IMG/VR virus record: IMGVR_UViG_3300020045_003367
Coordinates: 1 to 44,290 of that record
From: a virus
Taxonomy: Duplodnaviria > Caudoviricetes
Strand: one strand, 5' to 3'
Length of the DNA stretch: 44,290 nt
The translations under genes were made by a program, and so were the position numbers. Each line of letters starts with the position of its first letter. Position 1 is the stretch's first letter. Of the stretch, positions 26,050-36,480 are shown piece after piece. Below the pieces are notes generated by a model that did not search any database, was not told the DNA's origin, and worked only from the letters and a program-made list of their open reading frames with translations.

Positions 26050-27866
26050 TAAAATCCTCCAGAGTTATTTACTGCTTTAGCAGGTGTTGTTTGCCCAGCA
26101 ACTTGCCCTTGTTGCATTGCTTGTGTTGCCGGATTTCCGCCAGATAACATCTGTGCTGTCTCATCTAAGATACTAGAAATTTCTAAACTATATTTAGATT
26201 TAAGGTTCTTAACACCTAAGCTGGCAGCCTTAAAGTAACCAGTAGGATTTACTTGACTTAGCATATTACCTAATGGTCCATTAATAAACTGCTCAAGCAT
26301 TACTTGGTTACGCTCATCTTCATCATTATAGGCTATGCTATCTACTGACACGTCTGCTTTTGTGAAAGCTATCTCAGTCTGTTTATAAGGTATAGGCGCC
26401 ATAAGAATATTACCTTGGTCATCAACCATAGGCTTATTAGTTTCTGGGTCTATAACTTCTTCAAGTACATACTGAGTCTCAGGCATACCGTTAGGAAGTG
26501 TTTTACCAGTGGGCATCTCAATAGGCTTATTAATCTCTATCCACTTCATACCTTCATAGTTATCAGCTATTCTTAAGACATCGTGAGCAGTATAATACTG
26601 CTTAATTAAGTTCATAATATCCCAACCTAATAATTTATAGAATTGTTCAACTTTACTAGTAACGTATCTAAGTGCTACTACTGAGGCATTTTGCTGTAAC
26701 TTAACTTTTGAACCACTATCAGACGCATAAGCCATACCTAGGAAAGAGTCATTAATAGATAAGATACGTTGTACTCTATCTAGGGCTCTATCAACTACAG
26801 TATACTGGTCTAATACCTCCCTAGTTAAGTTTTCAATCTTAATACCAGCTAAGGTTTTAACAGGGATAATAGCATTAACTCTATTAAACTGGTCTGCAAA
26901 AGTAGCTAAATTTTCTACAGCGCCATCTTCAACAAAGGCTTTCTGAGTATTAACCATTAACTGGATTTTTAATAGTGCTTGGTTAATTGCATGTTGAGTC
27001 TCAATTACTTCTCTAAAGATACCATAGTATTCTGCTTTATTAGAGTCATGTAACCTATGAACTCTATAAGGCATTTTAACTTCTTTATAAGTAATTTCTT
27101 TCTTACTGAGAATAGTATCTCCACTCCAGTATATAGACCAAGTTTTATTATTATCATCATCTGTAATTACTGTATGAACTACTAGATAGTTATCAAAAAT
27201 TTTATAATAACCAGAGAACTCAGTATTAAAGTATTTAGTAAACTCAGCCTCATCGATATTAAGGTGATTATGGTAGCTATCCAACTTTTCAACTAGTCTA
27301 GCGCTAAATAGGTTTTCGACCACTTCTTTACTAAGCCACTTAAATCTATGAATATATCTAGCATCTGAATAGTCGCTAAGTACGCTCATTGGGTCAATAG
27401 CTATTTCAATAGAAGGCACATGATTAATTTTAATAGTTCTTTTTGGTCTACCAAACTCATCAATTTCTCCGGTTTTTTGCACGTCAACATAGCTACACAT
27501 TAAACCTGTAAGCATACAATCTAGTTTAACTTTATCACCTTCGGCCTCAAAATTATTGGTTCTAAAGGTATAGTCAACTATATCGCCCAAAATTGCTGCG
27601 GTCTGAATATCATCCGTCTGTAGCGGGTTAACCTTAATAGTATTAACTACCGTTGAGTAGTAACCTAAAAGCATTCTACCAAACATTTTAACTATGTTAA
27701 AAGTTTCAGCTGGCTGCCCGCGATTAGCTAATATCATAAGTTGAGTATCTGTATACTGCCGATTATGATATAAGTCTAGTACTTTAAGAGATTCTTCTCT
27801 AGAATCCTTAAAAGTATCATAACTAATTTTAAAGGTATCTTTTAATGTTTCAATATCTATTTTCAT
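26049..27866 (-). CDS. Portal protein (P22-like)
   Basis: RGQPAETFN.VK, IDP...DYSDARY, Q.AIN, LG...SG..V..QQ; 605 aa. Confidence 0.85.
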   Translation of the reverse strand: MKIDIETLKDTFKISYDTFKDSREESLKVLDLYHNRQYTDTQLMILANRGQPAETFNIVKMFGRMLLGYYSTVVNTIKVNPLQTDDIQTAAILGDIVDYTFRTNNFEAEGDKVKLDCMLTGLMCSYVDVQKTGEIDEFGRPKRTIKINHVPSIEIAIDPMSVLSDYSDARYIHRFKWLSKEVVENLFSARLVEKLDSYHNHLNIDEAEFTKYFNTEFSGYYKIFDNYLVVHTVITDDDNNKTWSIYWSGDTILSKKEITYKEVKMPYRVHRLHDSNKAEYYGIFREVIETQHAINQALLKIQLMVNTQKAFVEDGAVENLATFADQFNRVNAIIPVKTLAGIKIENLTREVLDQYTVVDRALDRVQRILSINDSFLGMAYASDSGSKVKLQQNASVVALRYVTSKVEQFYKLLGWDIMNLIKQYYTAHDVLRIADNYEGMKWIEINKPIEMPTGKTLPNGMPETQYVLEEVIDPETNKPMVDDQGNILMAPIPYKQTEIAFTKADVSVDSIAYNDEDERNQVMLEQFINGPLGNMLSQVNPTGYFKAASLGVKNLKSKYSLEISSILDETAQMLSGGNPATQAMQQGQVAGQTTPAKAVNNSGGF

Positions 27867-29377
27867 TCAGCTACCCACCCTTTACCTGTTCTATAAGTTA
27901 GTATATCTCCGACCTTATTTTTAGCCTTAGTTCCATCTTTATAACTAGTTGCGGTAACTGGAGGTGGAGTTTTATAATCTTCACTAGTATTACTAGTAGC
28001 AGTTTTACTAGGTAATGGAATATTAGGTTTAATTGCTTGTTTACTTTGTTGTTTACCATCAATAGCTCCAAGCATACTATCTATATTATTAATAATCTTA
28101 TTAAGCTTAGTAGCATCAGCCCCATACCTAAAATGAGTAACTGCTTCATCACCGGTATCAGTAAAGGCTTCCATCTTAGCTTTCATAGCCTCAAGTGATG
28201 TTTTCATTGCTGATTTAACAGCTTTATCTTGTTGGTATAAAGAACCAAAGGCTTGTGTAAAAGAAGACATTTCAGCAGCAGGTACTGTTGCCCCATATAA
28301 GCTATTTCTAACTGTAGTCATCATTTGATTATAGGCATTTTTAGCTTCTGATGGCGCTTTATCACTTATATATTTACTTACATTACCAACTAGGTTATCT
28401 ACCATACCAGTATCTTCAGGTGTTAATTCCTTAGCTGTATCACTAAGTGTAATAATACGCTTAATATCTGCTATCTCTTTCTTATCAGTTGAATTCATCT
28501 TAATACCCATAGCTTTTTCAATCTTCTGGATATTAGGTTCCATTTGGCGATACTCATCTGTACCAGGAGTATAAGTAGTCTCGAAGAATTTTGGGTTCTG
28601 CTCAACTATTTTAGCTTTAGCCTCATCTACAACTAACATCTCTTTAGTAGAAGTTGTTGGTGCATATCCTGTTTCCTTAGCTAGAAATTTCTGCGCTAGT
28701 TCTGGACTAGATTTATTAAGCCAGTTAAAGTTTTTTTGCATAGCAGTAGGTTCACTGCCATCTCCACTCATAGAATATTTTGTAGCCTTAGCATTATGCT
28801 CAGCTATTTGAGCTTCAGTTAACCTGGTTTTTAATTGCTCATCGTTCCATTGTTTAAAAGCACCTGTCTTTTGAGCCAGTCCAAAAGTATCAACTAGACT
28901 AATATTACCAGAGTTATCAATAGCTTTAACATAGCGTTTAAGCACTGAAGGGTCATCCATCGTAACTCCACCTGCGGCCTCAAACATCTTAATATCATCT
29001 TGACTATTACTATTTAGTGGTTCAATTCGTGTTATACCACCAAATAACTTTTGTAACTCTGGGTTTTCTTGTAAAGCCCCATTAAGCCATCTAGGATTAC
29101 CATCTGTTAAATATCCATTAATAGCGTTATGCGTAGTTTCTTTTAACTTAGCCTGTTTTAAACCATCAATTTGAAGTTGCATTTGTTCAATTTGAACTTT
29201 AGATTGGTCTTGTTGCATGTTAAGCATTTGTTGTTTATACTGTGAGTCTTCAGCCATTTTCTGAATTTGTAAACGCTGACTTACTCCTTGATTTTGAATA
29301 TTATAAGTATTTTGTATACCTCGTTCTAGTCCTTGAGCTATACCTTGTCCTATACTTCCAATTGTATTTGCATCCAT
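27863..29377 (-). CDS. Internal virion/ejection protein
   Basis: Gly/Gln-rich N-terminus, helical, position among ejection-type genes. Confidence 0.6.
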   Translation of the reverse strand: MDANTIGSIGQGIAQGLERGIQNTYNIQNQGVSQRLQIQKMAEDSQYKQQMLNMQQDQSKVQIEQMQLQIDGLKQAKLKETTHNAINGYLTDGNPRWLNGALQENPELQKLFGGITRIEPLNSNSQDDIKMFEAAGGVTMDDPSVLKRYVKAIDNSGNISLVDTFGLAQKTGAFKQWNDEQLKTRLTEAQIAEHNAKATKYSMSGDGSEPTAMQKNFNWLNKSSPELAQKFLAKETGYAPTTSTKEMLVVDEAKAKIVEQNPKFFETTYTPGTDEYRQMEPNIQKIEKAMGIKMNSTDKKEIADIKRIITLSDTAKELTPEDTGMVDNLVGNVSKYISDKAPSEAKNAYNQMMTTVRNSLYGATVPAAEMSSFTQAFGSLYQQDKAVKSAMKTSLEAMKAKMEAFTDTGDEAVTHFRYGADATKLNKIINNIDSMLGAIDGKQQSKQAIKPNIPLPSKTATSNTSEDYKTPPPVTATSYKDGTKAKNKVGDILTYRTGKGWVAE

Positions 29378-29378
29378 G

Positions 29379-30029
29379 TTATTTTCCTAGTGCTGACTGT
29401 AATAAAGAATTTTGTTGGTTCATAGCATTATAAGTCATATAACTATTAATACCAGAACTAAGTGAAGAACCTATACCAGCTGAAGCAGATGCTGCTTGTT
29501 GATTATACATACTTGCTTGGCTCGACGCTAACTGAGCTTGGGTATTATAGGCGCTACCTACACTAGATGCTGCCTGCGCCCCTTGACCTAGACCTAATGA
29601 AAGGAACTTCATCTTTTCTTGTGCAGCAAGAATAGGCGCTTGTACTTTTAAAGTAGCTGTATCTTGGGCTTGTTTAGTAGCTAAGTCTACCATAGCTTGC
29701 CCTTCTAGTCCTGAGCCTGAAATACCTCTTTGTGCTAATGATTGAGTAATTTGCTTATTAGCCTGTGAATACTGCTGGTTAATGTTTTGAATACCAGAAG
29801 CTTCAATAGCATCTGGAGTTAAATTTTTATAATAAGCTGCTAAGTTATCTTGTACGTCACCAAATGTAGCTTTCCAATCTGCATACTGCTCTTTAGCAAA
29901 AGCTATTTGTTCTGCCGAGGCTTCAGAAGATGCTGCTGTAGCAGCACTAGCTGATTTTGATGCTTTACTTGAAGCAGACATTGAAGCTCCAGCACCTAAA
30001 ACAGCTGAACCAATAATTGCACCTGTCAT
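29379..30029 (-). CDS. Ejection/pilot protein (Ala/Ser/Gln-rich)
   Basis: GAIIGSAVLGAGAS start and an LAQRGISGSG motif typical of podovirus ejection proteins. Confidence 0.65.
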   Translation of the reverse strand: MTGAIIGSAVLGAGASMSASSKASKSASAATAASSEASAEQIAFAKEQYADWKATFGDVQDNLAAYYKNLTPDAIEASGIQNINQQYSQANKQITQSLAQRGISGSGLEGQAMVDLATKQAQDTATLKVQAPILAAQEKMKFLSLGLGQGAQAASSVGSAYNTQAQLASSQASMYNQQAASASAGIGSSLSSGINSYMTYNAMNQQNSLLQSALGK

Positions 30030-30403
30030 TTAATTTCTCCTATTTTATAAAACTTTCCATTGTAACCCATTAAAGGCCCAAAACGAGTCTGGCAATATCT
30101 AATCATTTGTTTTGCCTTACCTTTGTTTCTTTCACTAGGCACAATATAAATTCTTCTTACTAAGTGATAGGTCGAGTTTAGTAATAACTTATCTGTCATA
30201 TCCTCTAAAACAATTAAACCTGTTAAATCTTTTAGGACTAAGCATTTTCTTAAATTACAATCTTCAATAGTTGAAGAAATATAGTCATCCATATTATTAC
30301 TAATTAATAACTCTGGGTACTTACTATGATAAGCTTCCCAGTGCATTCTAGCTAACTTATGCAATATTTCTTTATTTGGGCTATCTATTAAGACCATACA
30401 CAT
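30026..30403 (-). CDS. GNAT-fold protein
   Basis: RRIYIVPSERNKGKAKQMI resembles GNAT motif A. Confidence 0.6.
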   Translation of the reverse strand: MCMVLIDSPNKEILHKLARMHWEAYHSKYPELLISNNMDDYISSTIEDCNLRKCLVLKDLTGLIVLEDMTDKLLLNSTYHLVRRIYIVPSERNKGKAKQMIRYCQTRFGPLMGYNGKFYKIGEIK

Positions 30404-30779
30404 ATCCTAGTAATTTATGCCTTTTAAGTAATACTTTATTATGTTCACTATTAACTTCAGTAAAACCTAAAATAGTGCCATTAAAGTTATCAAACATATA
30501 CTTATAGTATTCTTTTAAGGCTTTTGATTTTCTAAACTCTGGCTTAATATATACTGAAACACCATTCCATATTCTTTCTTTATTAATGGGTAAAGTTTCT
30601 TCACGCATTATAAAAAATCCTCTATGGTCTAGAATAACTATATCTCGTTCTAAATGCATACTAGCTAATGCCAACCAAGAAGTAATATCTTCTTTATAAG
30701 CACTGGAGTCTAATTCAAAATACATAGCTTTAAGTAGTATAGAAAACTTTACTTTATCTGCTTCTACAGCTATAGTCAT
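30381..30779 (-). CDS. GNAT-fold protein (degenerate motif A)
   Basis: SVYIKPEFRKSKALKEYY. Confidence 0.5.
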   Translation of the reverse strand: MTIAVEADKVKFSILLKAMYFELDSSAYKEDITSWLALASMHLERDIVILDHRGFFIMREETLPINKERIWNGVSVYIKPEFRKSKALKEYYKYMFDNFNGTILGFTEVNSEHNKVLLKRHKLLGYVYGLNR

Positions 30780-30798
30780 TAGAACTCCTTTAATGCTT

Positions 30799-30826
30799 AT
30801 TATATCAAAATTAGTATTAGTTTAAG
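30799..30826 (-). promoter_or_regulatory. Extended -10 promoter for the GNAT/ejection/portal operon
   Basis: Minus strand TTTTGATATAAT, then AAAGGAG. Confidence 0.7.
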
Positions 30827-30829
30827 TTA

Positions 30830-30952
30830 TTAAGGTTCAAGTTTTTTAAGGCGCTCATCTAACTCTGCTATTAAACTAATTAGATGCATAATAAATCTTC
30901 TAGTATTAGTATCAGTAATACTAGAAGGTATTTGAATATTCTTAACGTCCAT
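30830..30952 (-). CDS. 40-aa hypothetical protein not in the ORF track
   Basis: MDVKNIQIPSSITD...AELDERLKKLEP; GAAGGA RBS; overlaps the end of the upstream gene. Confidence 0.5.
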   Translation of the reverse strand: MDVKNIQIPSSITDTNTRRFIMHLISLIAELDERLKKLEP

Positions 30953-32438
30953 TTTGTCTTCCTTCTACTTTATATTCAATTTCATATAAATTCCCAGAGC
31001 CAGTAATCTCAAAACTAATGCTATATCCATTCTTTTGTACTTGCGGTACTTTAACCTCATTTAAGCCATCTTCCAATACTTGTGTACTTACTTTAAGTTT
31101 GTCTATATAAGTACTAAAAGTTAAATCACCTGAGCTATACACATATATAGTTTTATAGTTCTTATAGTTAGATAAAGAACTATCAGGAAAGTCAGCAGTT
31201 CTATAAGCTAAATCCCTAGGATACTTTGAAGAAAATAAACTATATAGCCTATTATTTAAGGCATAATAGAGTTTATCATTAACCACACAAAAGCAGTTAG
31301 CTGTACCGGTTAACTCACTGAATACACCACCAAGTGAAAAGTCTACTGCAAATATACCATCTTGATGTGATAAGTAATATACATCCTCATGAACTACTGC
31401 ATTAGAAGGATAGTTAAAATCTATCCTACCTAATTTATTCCTAGTTAAAGATACTACATCAGTACCTGATGATGTACACAAACTATCATTTGATAGCCAT
31501 ACAATAGCATTATTTACATACCTAATACTATCATGTAGTATACACCCATTATTACCATTTAATAAGTACTTACTAAATGCTGTAGGGGAGGTACCAGTAA
31601 TAATATATGTTTTATAAGTAGTAAAAACTAATAACCCATTTTGTGTTACGCCTATACCTGTAATCTCTTCCTCGAAATCTATATAGTTATAAGGACTCCA
31701 AGCATCAACAAAAGCTATTTCCGAGAAGTATAATTTATCATCTACAGCACCAAAAAACATTGCATATGCTTCAGTTAGATATCTTAATCCTAAAGGAGGA
31801 GTTCCATATAATTGACTAGTTAGTATACCTCCAGGTAAGTTAGTATCTACAATATTATCATTATAGATAACTGAAGTATTAGGTAAGTCTACTGCTAAGG
31901 TCATTACTGAGAAGTTACCACCTAATCTATAAACTCTAATCCTAGTTACTTGAGGGTCAACACTTGCTACTACTTGTATATTAAAACTTTGTGAAGTTGC
32001 CGTAAATACCCCTGAATACGGAGAAGGTTGTGACTCAGAACCATCAGCACTATTATAGTATGTATAACAATATTGATAATCTCCGGTTAAATTACCAGTA
32101 CCACTTATGCTAATAACTGGAGCAGTACTAGGTTTGGCTATTCCTAAGTTATACCAAGTTATACCATCATTACTCTTCTTAGTTTCTCCACCACTAGTAT
32201 AGTAAAGTTTATCTTGAAAGATAACATAATTAACTTTATTAGTATTAAATATCCACTGATTTTTAAAGAAGATAATAGATTTACCCACAGTAGTATTTTC
32301 ATCTGTATCTTTCTTATGTGGAACTATACAACCAGAAGACATATTAACATTTGTATTAACTTGTGATTCATTTATACCTATTAAGTGTGAGGCAGTCTTT
32401 TTATTTAAACCACCATTGAATAAATTTAATTGCGCCAT
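30942..32438 (-). CDS. Tail nozzle/stabilisation protein (tubular B or P22 gp10-like)
   Basis: FNGGLN start, beta-rich, LYFSE...AW pattern, position. Confidence 0.7.
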   Translation of the reverse strand: MAQLNLFNGGLNKKTASHLIGINESQVNTNVNMSSGCIVPHKKDTDENTTVGKSIIFFKNQWIFNTNKVNYVIFQDKLYYTSGGETKKSNDGITWYNLGIAKPSTAPVISISGTGNLTGDYQYCYTYYNSADGSESQPSPYSGVFTATSQSFNIQVVASVDPQVTRIRVYRLGGNFSVMTLAVDLPNTSVIYNDNIVDTNLPGGILTSQLYGTPPLGLRYLTEAYAMFFGAVDDKLYFSEIAFVDAWSPYNYIDFEEEITGIGVTQNGLLVFTTYKTYIITGTSPTAFSKYLLNGNNGCILHDSIRYVNNAIVWLSNDSLCTSSGTDVVSLTRNKLGRIDFNYPSNAVVHEDVYYLSHQDGIFAVDFSLGGVFSELTGTANCFCVVNDKLYYALNNRLYSLFSSKYPRDLAYRTADFPDSSLSNYKNYKTIYVYSSGDLTFSTYIDKLKVSTQVLEDGLNEVKVPQVQKNGYSISFEITGSGNLYEIEYKVEGRQNGR

Positions 32439-32453
32439 TTATTTTCCTTTATA

Positions 32454-33590
32454 TTAATTTCCAAGTACTAAGTAGGACATGTTTAATGATATAGAGAAGT
32501 AATCATTAGGGTAGTAACCAGTTCCTCCTAGATATACTCTTTTATAATAATATACTTCTAAATCTACATGCGTTGTATAAACAATTACTTTAACTCTTAA
32601 TACATCTGCATCTCCAGTTACACCACCCCTATCTACTAAGTTAGCACCTATTAGATAATTAGACTCACCATTCGGGGATGCCATAAAGCATACACTTCTA
32701 CCCCAGTTAGTAGTCCAAGTTAAAAATACAATTGAATTAGCAGGTAATACTGCTGGAAAACTTAATGCTGTCATACCAAATGTAGTATTTGTGTAACCTT
32801 CTAATATAGGAGAAAATAACCCTGTATATCTTATCTCCATATTTTTACTAATATTAGTACTTATAACTGGTTTACTACCTTTATATATTGAAGTTTCACT
32901 ACTATTACTCTTAAATACTAAACTACCGCTAGCAGGTATACTATTTAAAATCTGAAATACTCCAGAACTTGTTGTTCCAACTATATCATTATAATTAGTT
33001 ATACCTGGTGTCATAAATCTAAAATTTAAAAAATCTCTTCCTTTAATTCTTACTTCATTAGTTCTAATAAGAATATCTGTTTCAAGAGGTGAAGGTAATA
33101 AAACCTGACCTGTATTTGTAACATTTGTTATACATACTGAGCATGCTCCTAAATACCTAGAATCTATACCATTAGGATAGAAATTTCCTCTAATTGACCC
33201 GTCATATAGTAATTGTACTAACTGGTAAGATAAACTTCCATTAACCCAACCAGAGGTATATGGATAAGCCCCAGTAGGTTCACTTTGCCACATATTTACT
33301 TCTAAGGCACTTTTAACTACTTCGCCGTTACTAGCAATTATAAACCATATATAAGATTCCATTAAGTTTTTTGTATTTTGATCGACATCAAACCGGGTAG
33401 ACCTTACATTTCCATAAAATTCATGTATATATATGTTACTACTATATAAATGTTGTATATTTACATAATTTAAATTACTATGAAAAACTGTTGTATCAAT
33501 TGGAGGGCCTTTTATATTACCTAATTCTGTACTACCTTTTGTAATATGTAGGATTTTACCTTGTGAGCTATTACCCATAAACATACTCAT
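32454..33590 (-). CDS. Putative receptor-binding/tail tip protein
   Basis: Beta-rich; follows the fibre-like gene with ATGA overlap. Confidence 0.45.
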   Translation of the reverse strand: MSMFMGNSSQGKILHITKGSTELGNIKGPPIDTTVFHSNLNYVNIQHLYSSNIYIHEFYGNVRSTRFDVDQNTKNLMESYIWFIIASNGEVVKSALEVNMWQSEPTGAYPYTSGWVNGSLSYQLVQLLYDGSIRGNFYPNGIDSRYLGACSVCITNVTNTGQVLLPSPLETDILIRTNEVRIKGRDFLNFRFMTPGITNYNDIVGTTSSGVFQILNSIPASGSLVFKSNSSETSIYKGSKPVISTNISKNMEIRYTGLFSPILEGYTNTTFGMTALSFPAVLPANSIVFLTWTTNWGRSVCFMASPNGESNYLIGANLVDRGGVTGDADVLRVKVIVYTTHVDLEVYYYKRVYLGGTGYYPNDYFSISLNMSYLVLGN

Positions 33591-34408
33591 TTAATATGTA
33601 TCTCCCCTGCATTTAAATCAATTTTCATTGTATAAGTATAGGCGTTACCACCAGAATTATAAATAACGCCTGTAGTAATCTTACCTCCATCTATAGTAGT
33701 TACATTACTCATATCCTTCATAGCAAAGTCACTAAATGTAGTACTACCAGCCAAGTCGATATTCTCGGCACTAATTCTAAAAGTACTATCAAACCCAGAA
33801 CCATCGCCATATTGCCAGCCAGTAACAAGTTTAGTAATAGGGTCTACTACTAAGCTAGATGCCCCTGCTACCCAACCTTTAACCTGGTTAGCTGTACCTA
33901 ATGCTGTATTATTAAAAGGTACCCACATTGAACCTGTATACTGGTAAGTTACTCCTCCTTCAAGTTTAAGTTGTGAAGCTTTAATTGGACTTATACCATC
34001 CCAGTAGGTAAATATACCTGCCATAGCATTTTCAGAAGTAACTAGCCTAGCTGAATGCTCTTCAGTAGTAGCCTCCAAGACAGTAGCTCTACCGGCTAAT
34101 GCTTCATCTGCGGTGCTGAGGGTATGTAAACTAGTTTGTATAGTAGCTATATTAGTATTAAACGAAGTAGTTAAGTTAGTTATATAACCTGCTAATACTT
34201 GGTCCTCTTCTATCCTTAGTTGAGCCTCAGCAGTAATAGCAGCATTTCTATTATTTACTTCTTCAGACATTTGTAAATTAAAATTAGCTATAACATCAAC
34301 TACTGCAATACCTTTTTCTACCCAAAGAGTATTCACACTAATGTTAGTGAAAAAAGAGGTTTTCTTAATCTCTAGATTACTCTCCTTAATTCTAATTATA
34401 GTAGGCAT
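33587..34408 (-). CDS. Tail fibre/needle-like protein
   Basis: Coiled coil, then F.ISAENI and TTIDGGKITTG motifs. Confidence 0.6.
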   Translation of the reverse strand: MPTIIRIKESNLEIKKTSFFTNISVNTLWVEKGIAVVDVIANFNLQMSEEVNNRNAAITAEAQLRIEEDQVLAGYITNLTTSFNTNIATIQTSLHTLSTADEALAGRATVLEATTEEHSARLVTSENAMAGIFTYWDGISPIKASQLKLEGGVTYQYTGSMWVPFNNTALGTANQVKGWVAGASSLVVDPITKLVTGWQYGDGSGFDSTFRISAENIDLAGSTTFSDFAMKDMSNVTTIDGGKITTGVIYNSGGNAYTYTMKIDLNAGEIHIK

Positions 34409-34506
34409 TATAATACCACCTTAATATACTTGGATACTTCTCTTATAGTAATAACTTGGTTTACTAACGTAGTTTCCAAAACTATAAAAGTAAGAGTTGT
34501 CGTCAT
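34408..34506 (-). CDS. 32-aa hypothetical protein not in the ORF track
   Basis: MTTTLTFIVLETT...IKVVL; coupled at both ends (ATGA and TAATG). Confidence 0.4.
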   Translation of the reverse strand: MTTTLTFIVLETTLVNQVITIREVSKYIKVVL

Positions 34507-34832
34507 TTTGTAATATCTTCTATAATATTAAGTTCAAAAGTCTCAGAACTTTTAATTAACTGACTAACTTGATACTCAATATCTACTAAGTATCTGCCTA
34601 TAGGAAATGTTATAGTACTAAGAACTATTCTATATAAACCTAAGGTAGCATTATACTTATCAATACTATTATCTTCAGTAGATACTGTAAATAATACTGT
34701 ATCCTTATTTTCCTTACTCCTAGCCTGACATTTAATAGAGTAAGTAGTTAAATTAACTACTCCTCCTAAGTCATCAGTATAAGTACCTTCCCAGGAAATA
34801 GTATCCCCTCTTTTATGGTCAATAATAAACAT
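34503..34832 (-). CDS. Small beta-sandwich virion protein (BppU N-terminal-like)
   Basis: KRGDT..VNLT....Q.R...G.Y..DIEY...SETF. Confidence 0.55.
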   Translation of the reverse strand: MFIIDHKRGDTISWEGTYTDDLGGVVNLTTYSIKCQARSKENKDTVLFTVSTEDNSIDKYNATLGLYRIVLSTITFPIGRYLVDIEYQVSQLIKSSETFELNIIEDITK

Positions 34833-35281
34833 TATACTCTCTCCTCAATATATGTTTTTCCATTACTTGTAGTATAAAATTGTGTAGGTTGATTTACTTC
34901 AGTCTTGGTCTCTACATGAAGCCACTTAGCCCCTTTAACACTTTCAAAGATACATTTTTTAAGCGAAGGACACTTATCTTTATTACTTTTTATAAGTTCA
35001 TAAGCCTCTTCAATACTTATACCAATAGGTTTAAAATCAACACATAAACCCTTAGTATGCCCACTTGTTGGTGAACCTCCAACAACTTTATTTAAAACTG
35101 TATTACGAAAACCTGAAGTAATCTTCATTGGTACTTTAAGTACTATTCTAAGTTCTTCTAAAGTACAAGCAATATACTTCAATTGTTTCTCATAAGCTTT
35201 TGCATCAATTCTATTTTGAGAAACTAAATCTTGGTGACTAGAACTATCTGTTAATTCTAAAAAACTAAAGTGCTCACTCAT
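34832..35281 (-). CDS. Endolysin, peptidase M15A family
   Basis: SEHFS..E, ITSGFRN..N..VGG..TSGH..G...D, WLHV. Confidence 0.88.
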   Translation of the reverse strand: MSEHFSFLELTDSSSHQDLVSQNRIDAKAYEKQLKYIACTLEELRIVLKVPMKITSGFRNTVLNKVVGGSPTSGHTKGLCVDFKPIGISIEEAYELIKSNKDKCPSLKKCIFESVKGAKWLHVETKTEVNQPTQFYTTSNGKTYIEERV

Positions 35282-35290
35282 CTCTATCTC

Positions 35291-36004
35291 CTACTTTAAA
35301 TTTGAATAAATAATACCTAGTAACCCAGACATGGAAGTCAAAGTACCTGTTATAAGCCAAACATATAACCCTGTCTTCCATTTTTCATTTGTTTCTTGGT
35401 ACTTCTCTAAGTCTTCTAACCTATTATTAGATACAGAAATCTTTTCTTTATGGACATTACAATCAGATTGAAGAACTTTAATTTCTTCTCTATTTTTCTC
35501 GGTAGCAGTTTTTAAATTCTCTACTACTGTTGCTTGGTGTTTAAATTCTAGTTCTACAGCTAACTTGAGGTTAGTAGTAAAAGGACATCCTTTTACTTGC
35601 ATGTCTTTAATCTCTTTTAACTCAACTTTAGTTTCATTTTGCTCTTCAAGAAGTCTACCTATTTTATCAGTAGTAGAGTCCTGATTAGCCCAATGTTTAG
35701 CTTGTTGGGCCTGGTAGTCCTTCTTAAAAGCCCTATCTTCTTCTTGTAATTCTTTTAAGAGTACAATAAAGTCATTTAAGGCTCTATTCAAATTTTCAGA
35801 AGTAGCAACTACAACCGAAATAGACTTCCCTTGGTCATTTACTTGCGCTTTAACAGATTTTAATTCCTTAGATAATTGCTCAGTTGCTACCTTAGAAGAC
35901 CCAATAACTTTAATTTCTTTATAAATAAGTTTTAAAGTCTGTTCTGCAGTAGTACTTGTGTTATCAGGTAAATCTATATCTATCACCTTCTTTCTAGGAG
36001 GCAT
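35291..36004 (-). CDS. Coiled-coil protein with a C-terminal TM helix, lysis-associated
   Basis: Heptad-rich; TM segment LYVWLITGTLTSMSGLLGIIY; lies between holin and endolysin. Confidence 0.55.
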   Translation of the reverse strand: MPPRKKVIDIDLPDNTSTTAEQTLKLIYKEIKVIGSSKVATEQLSKELKSVKAQVNDQGKSISVVVATSENLNRALNDFIVLLKELQEEDRAFKKDYQAQQAKHWANQDSTTDKIGRLLEEQNETKVELKEIKDMQVKGCPFTTNLKLAVELEFKHQATVVENLKTATEKNREEIKVLQSDCNVHKEKISVSNNRLEDLEKYQETNEKWKTGLYVWLITGTLTSMSGLLGIIYSNLK

Positions 36005-36447
36005 TAATTTCCCTTAAATGGATTTTTAAATTCTAACACTGTTTTTAATAAACCTCGCATACCATAAATAACAATAACCATACCTATAATTATATATCTA
36101 TACCACTCAGGCATTTTTTCAATAGTCTCAAACCCTTTTAAGGCATATTCTTGTGCTGCAGGTACAAAAGATAAAATCATAGGAGTTATAAATACTAAGA
36201 GTATAAACTCGTCTTTCCAACTATGGGCCATTTCAGTCATAGACATTTGGTCTAAATTAAAATCAATCTGTTGACCTTGTTTAGCCATCTCAAGTTGTGA
36301 CGTAGCTATTGCAACTTTAGCCTCATGTTCTAATTTTTGTATCTCAAACTCTTGCTCAACTGCAAGAGTTTTTCGTGCTTGCCAACCTTTAATAGGTTCA
36401 GTTATGAGGGAACTTAAACTTCCTAAGATAGCACTAAATATTTCCAT
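36004..36447 (-). CDS. Putative holin
   Basis: SWKDEF, two TM segments, PEWY, YG.R pattern; in the lysis cassette. Confidence 0.65.
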   Translation of the reverse strand: MEIFSAILGSLSSLITEPIKGWQARKTLAVEQEFEIQKLEHEAKVAIATSQLEMAKQGQQIDFNLDQMSMTEMAHSWKDEFILLVFITPMILSFVPAAQEYALKGFETIEKMPEWYRYIIIGMVIVIYGMRGLLKTVLEFKNPFKGN

Positions 36448-36480
36448 TATATCCCCTTATGATTATTTAGTATATAAATA

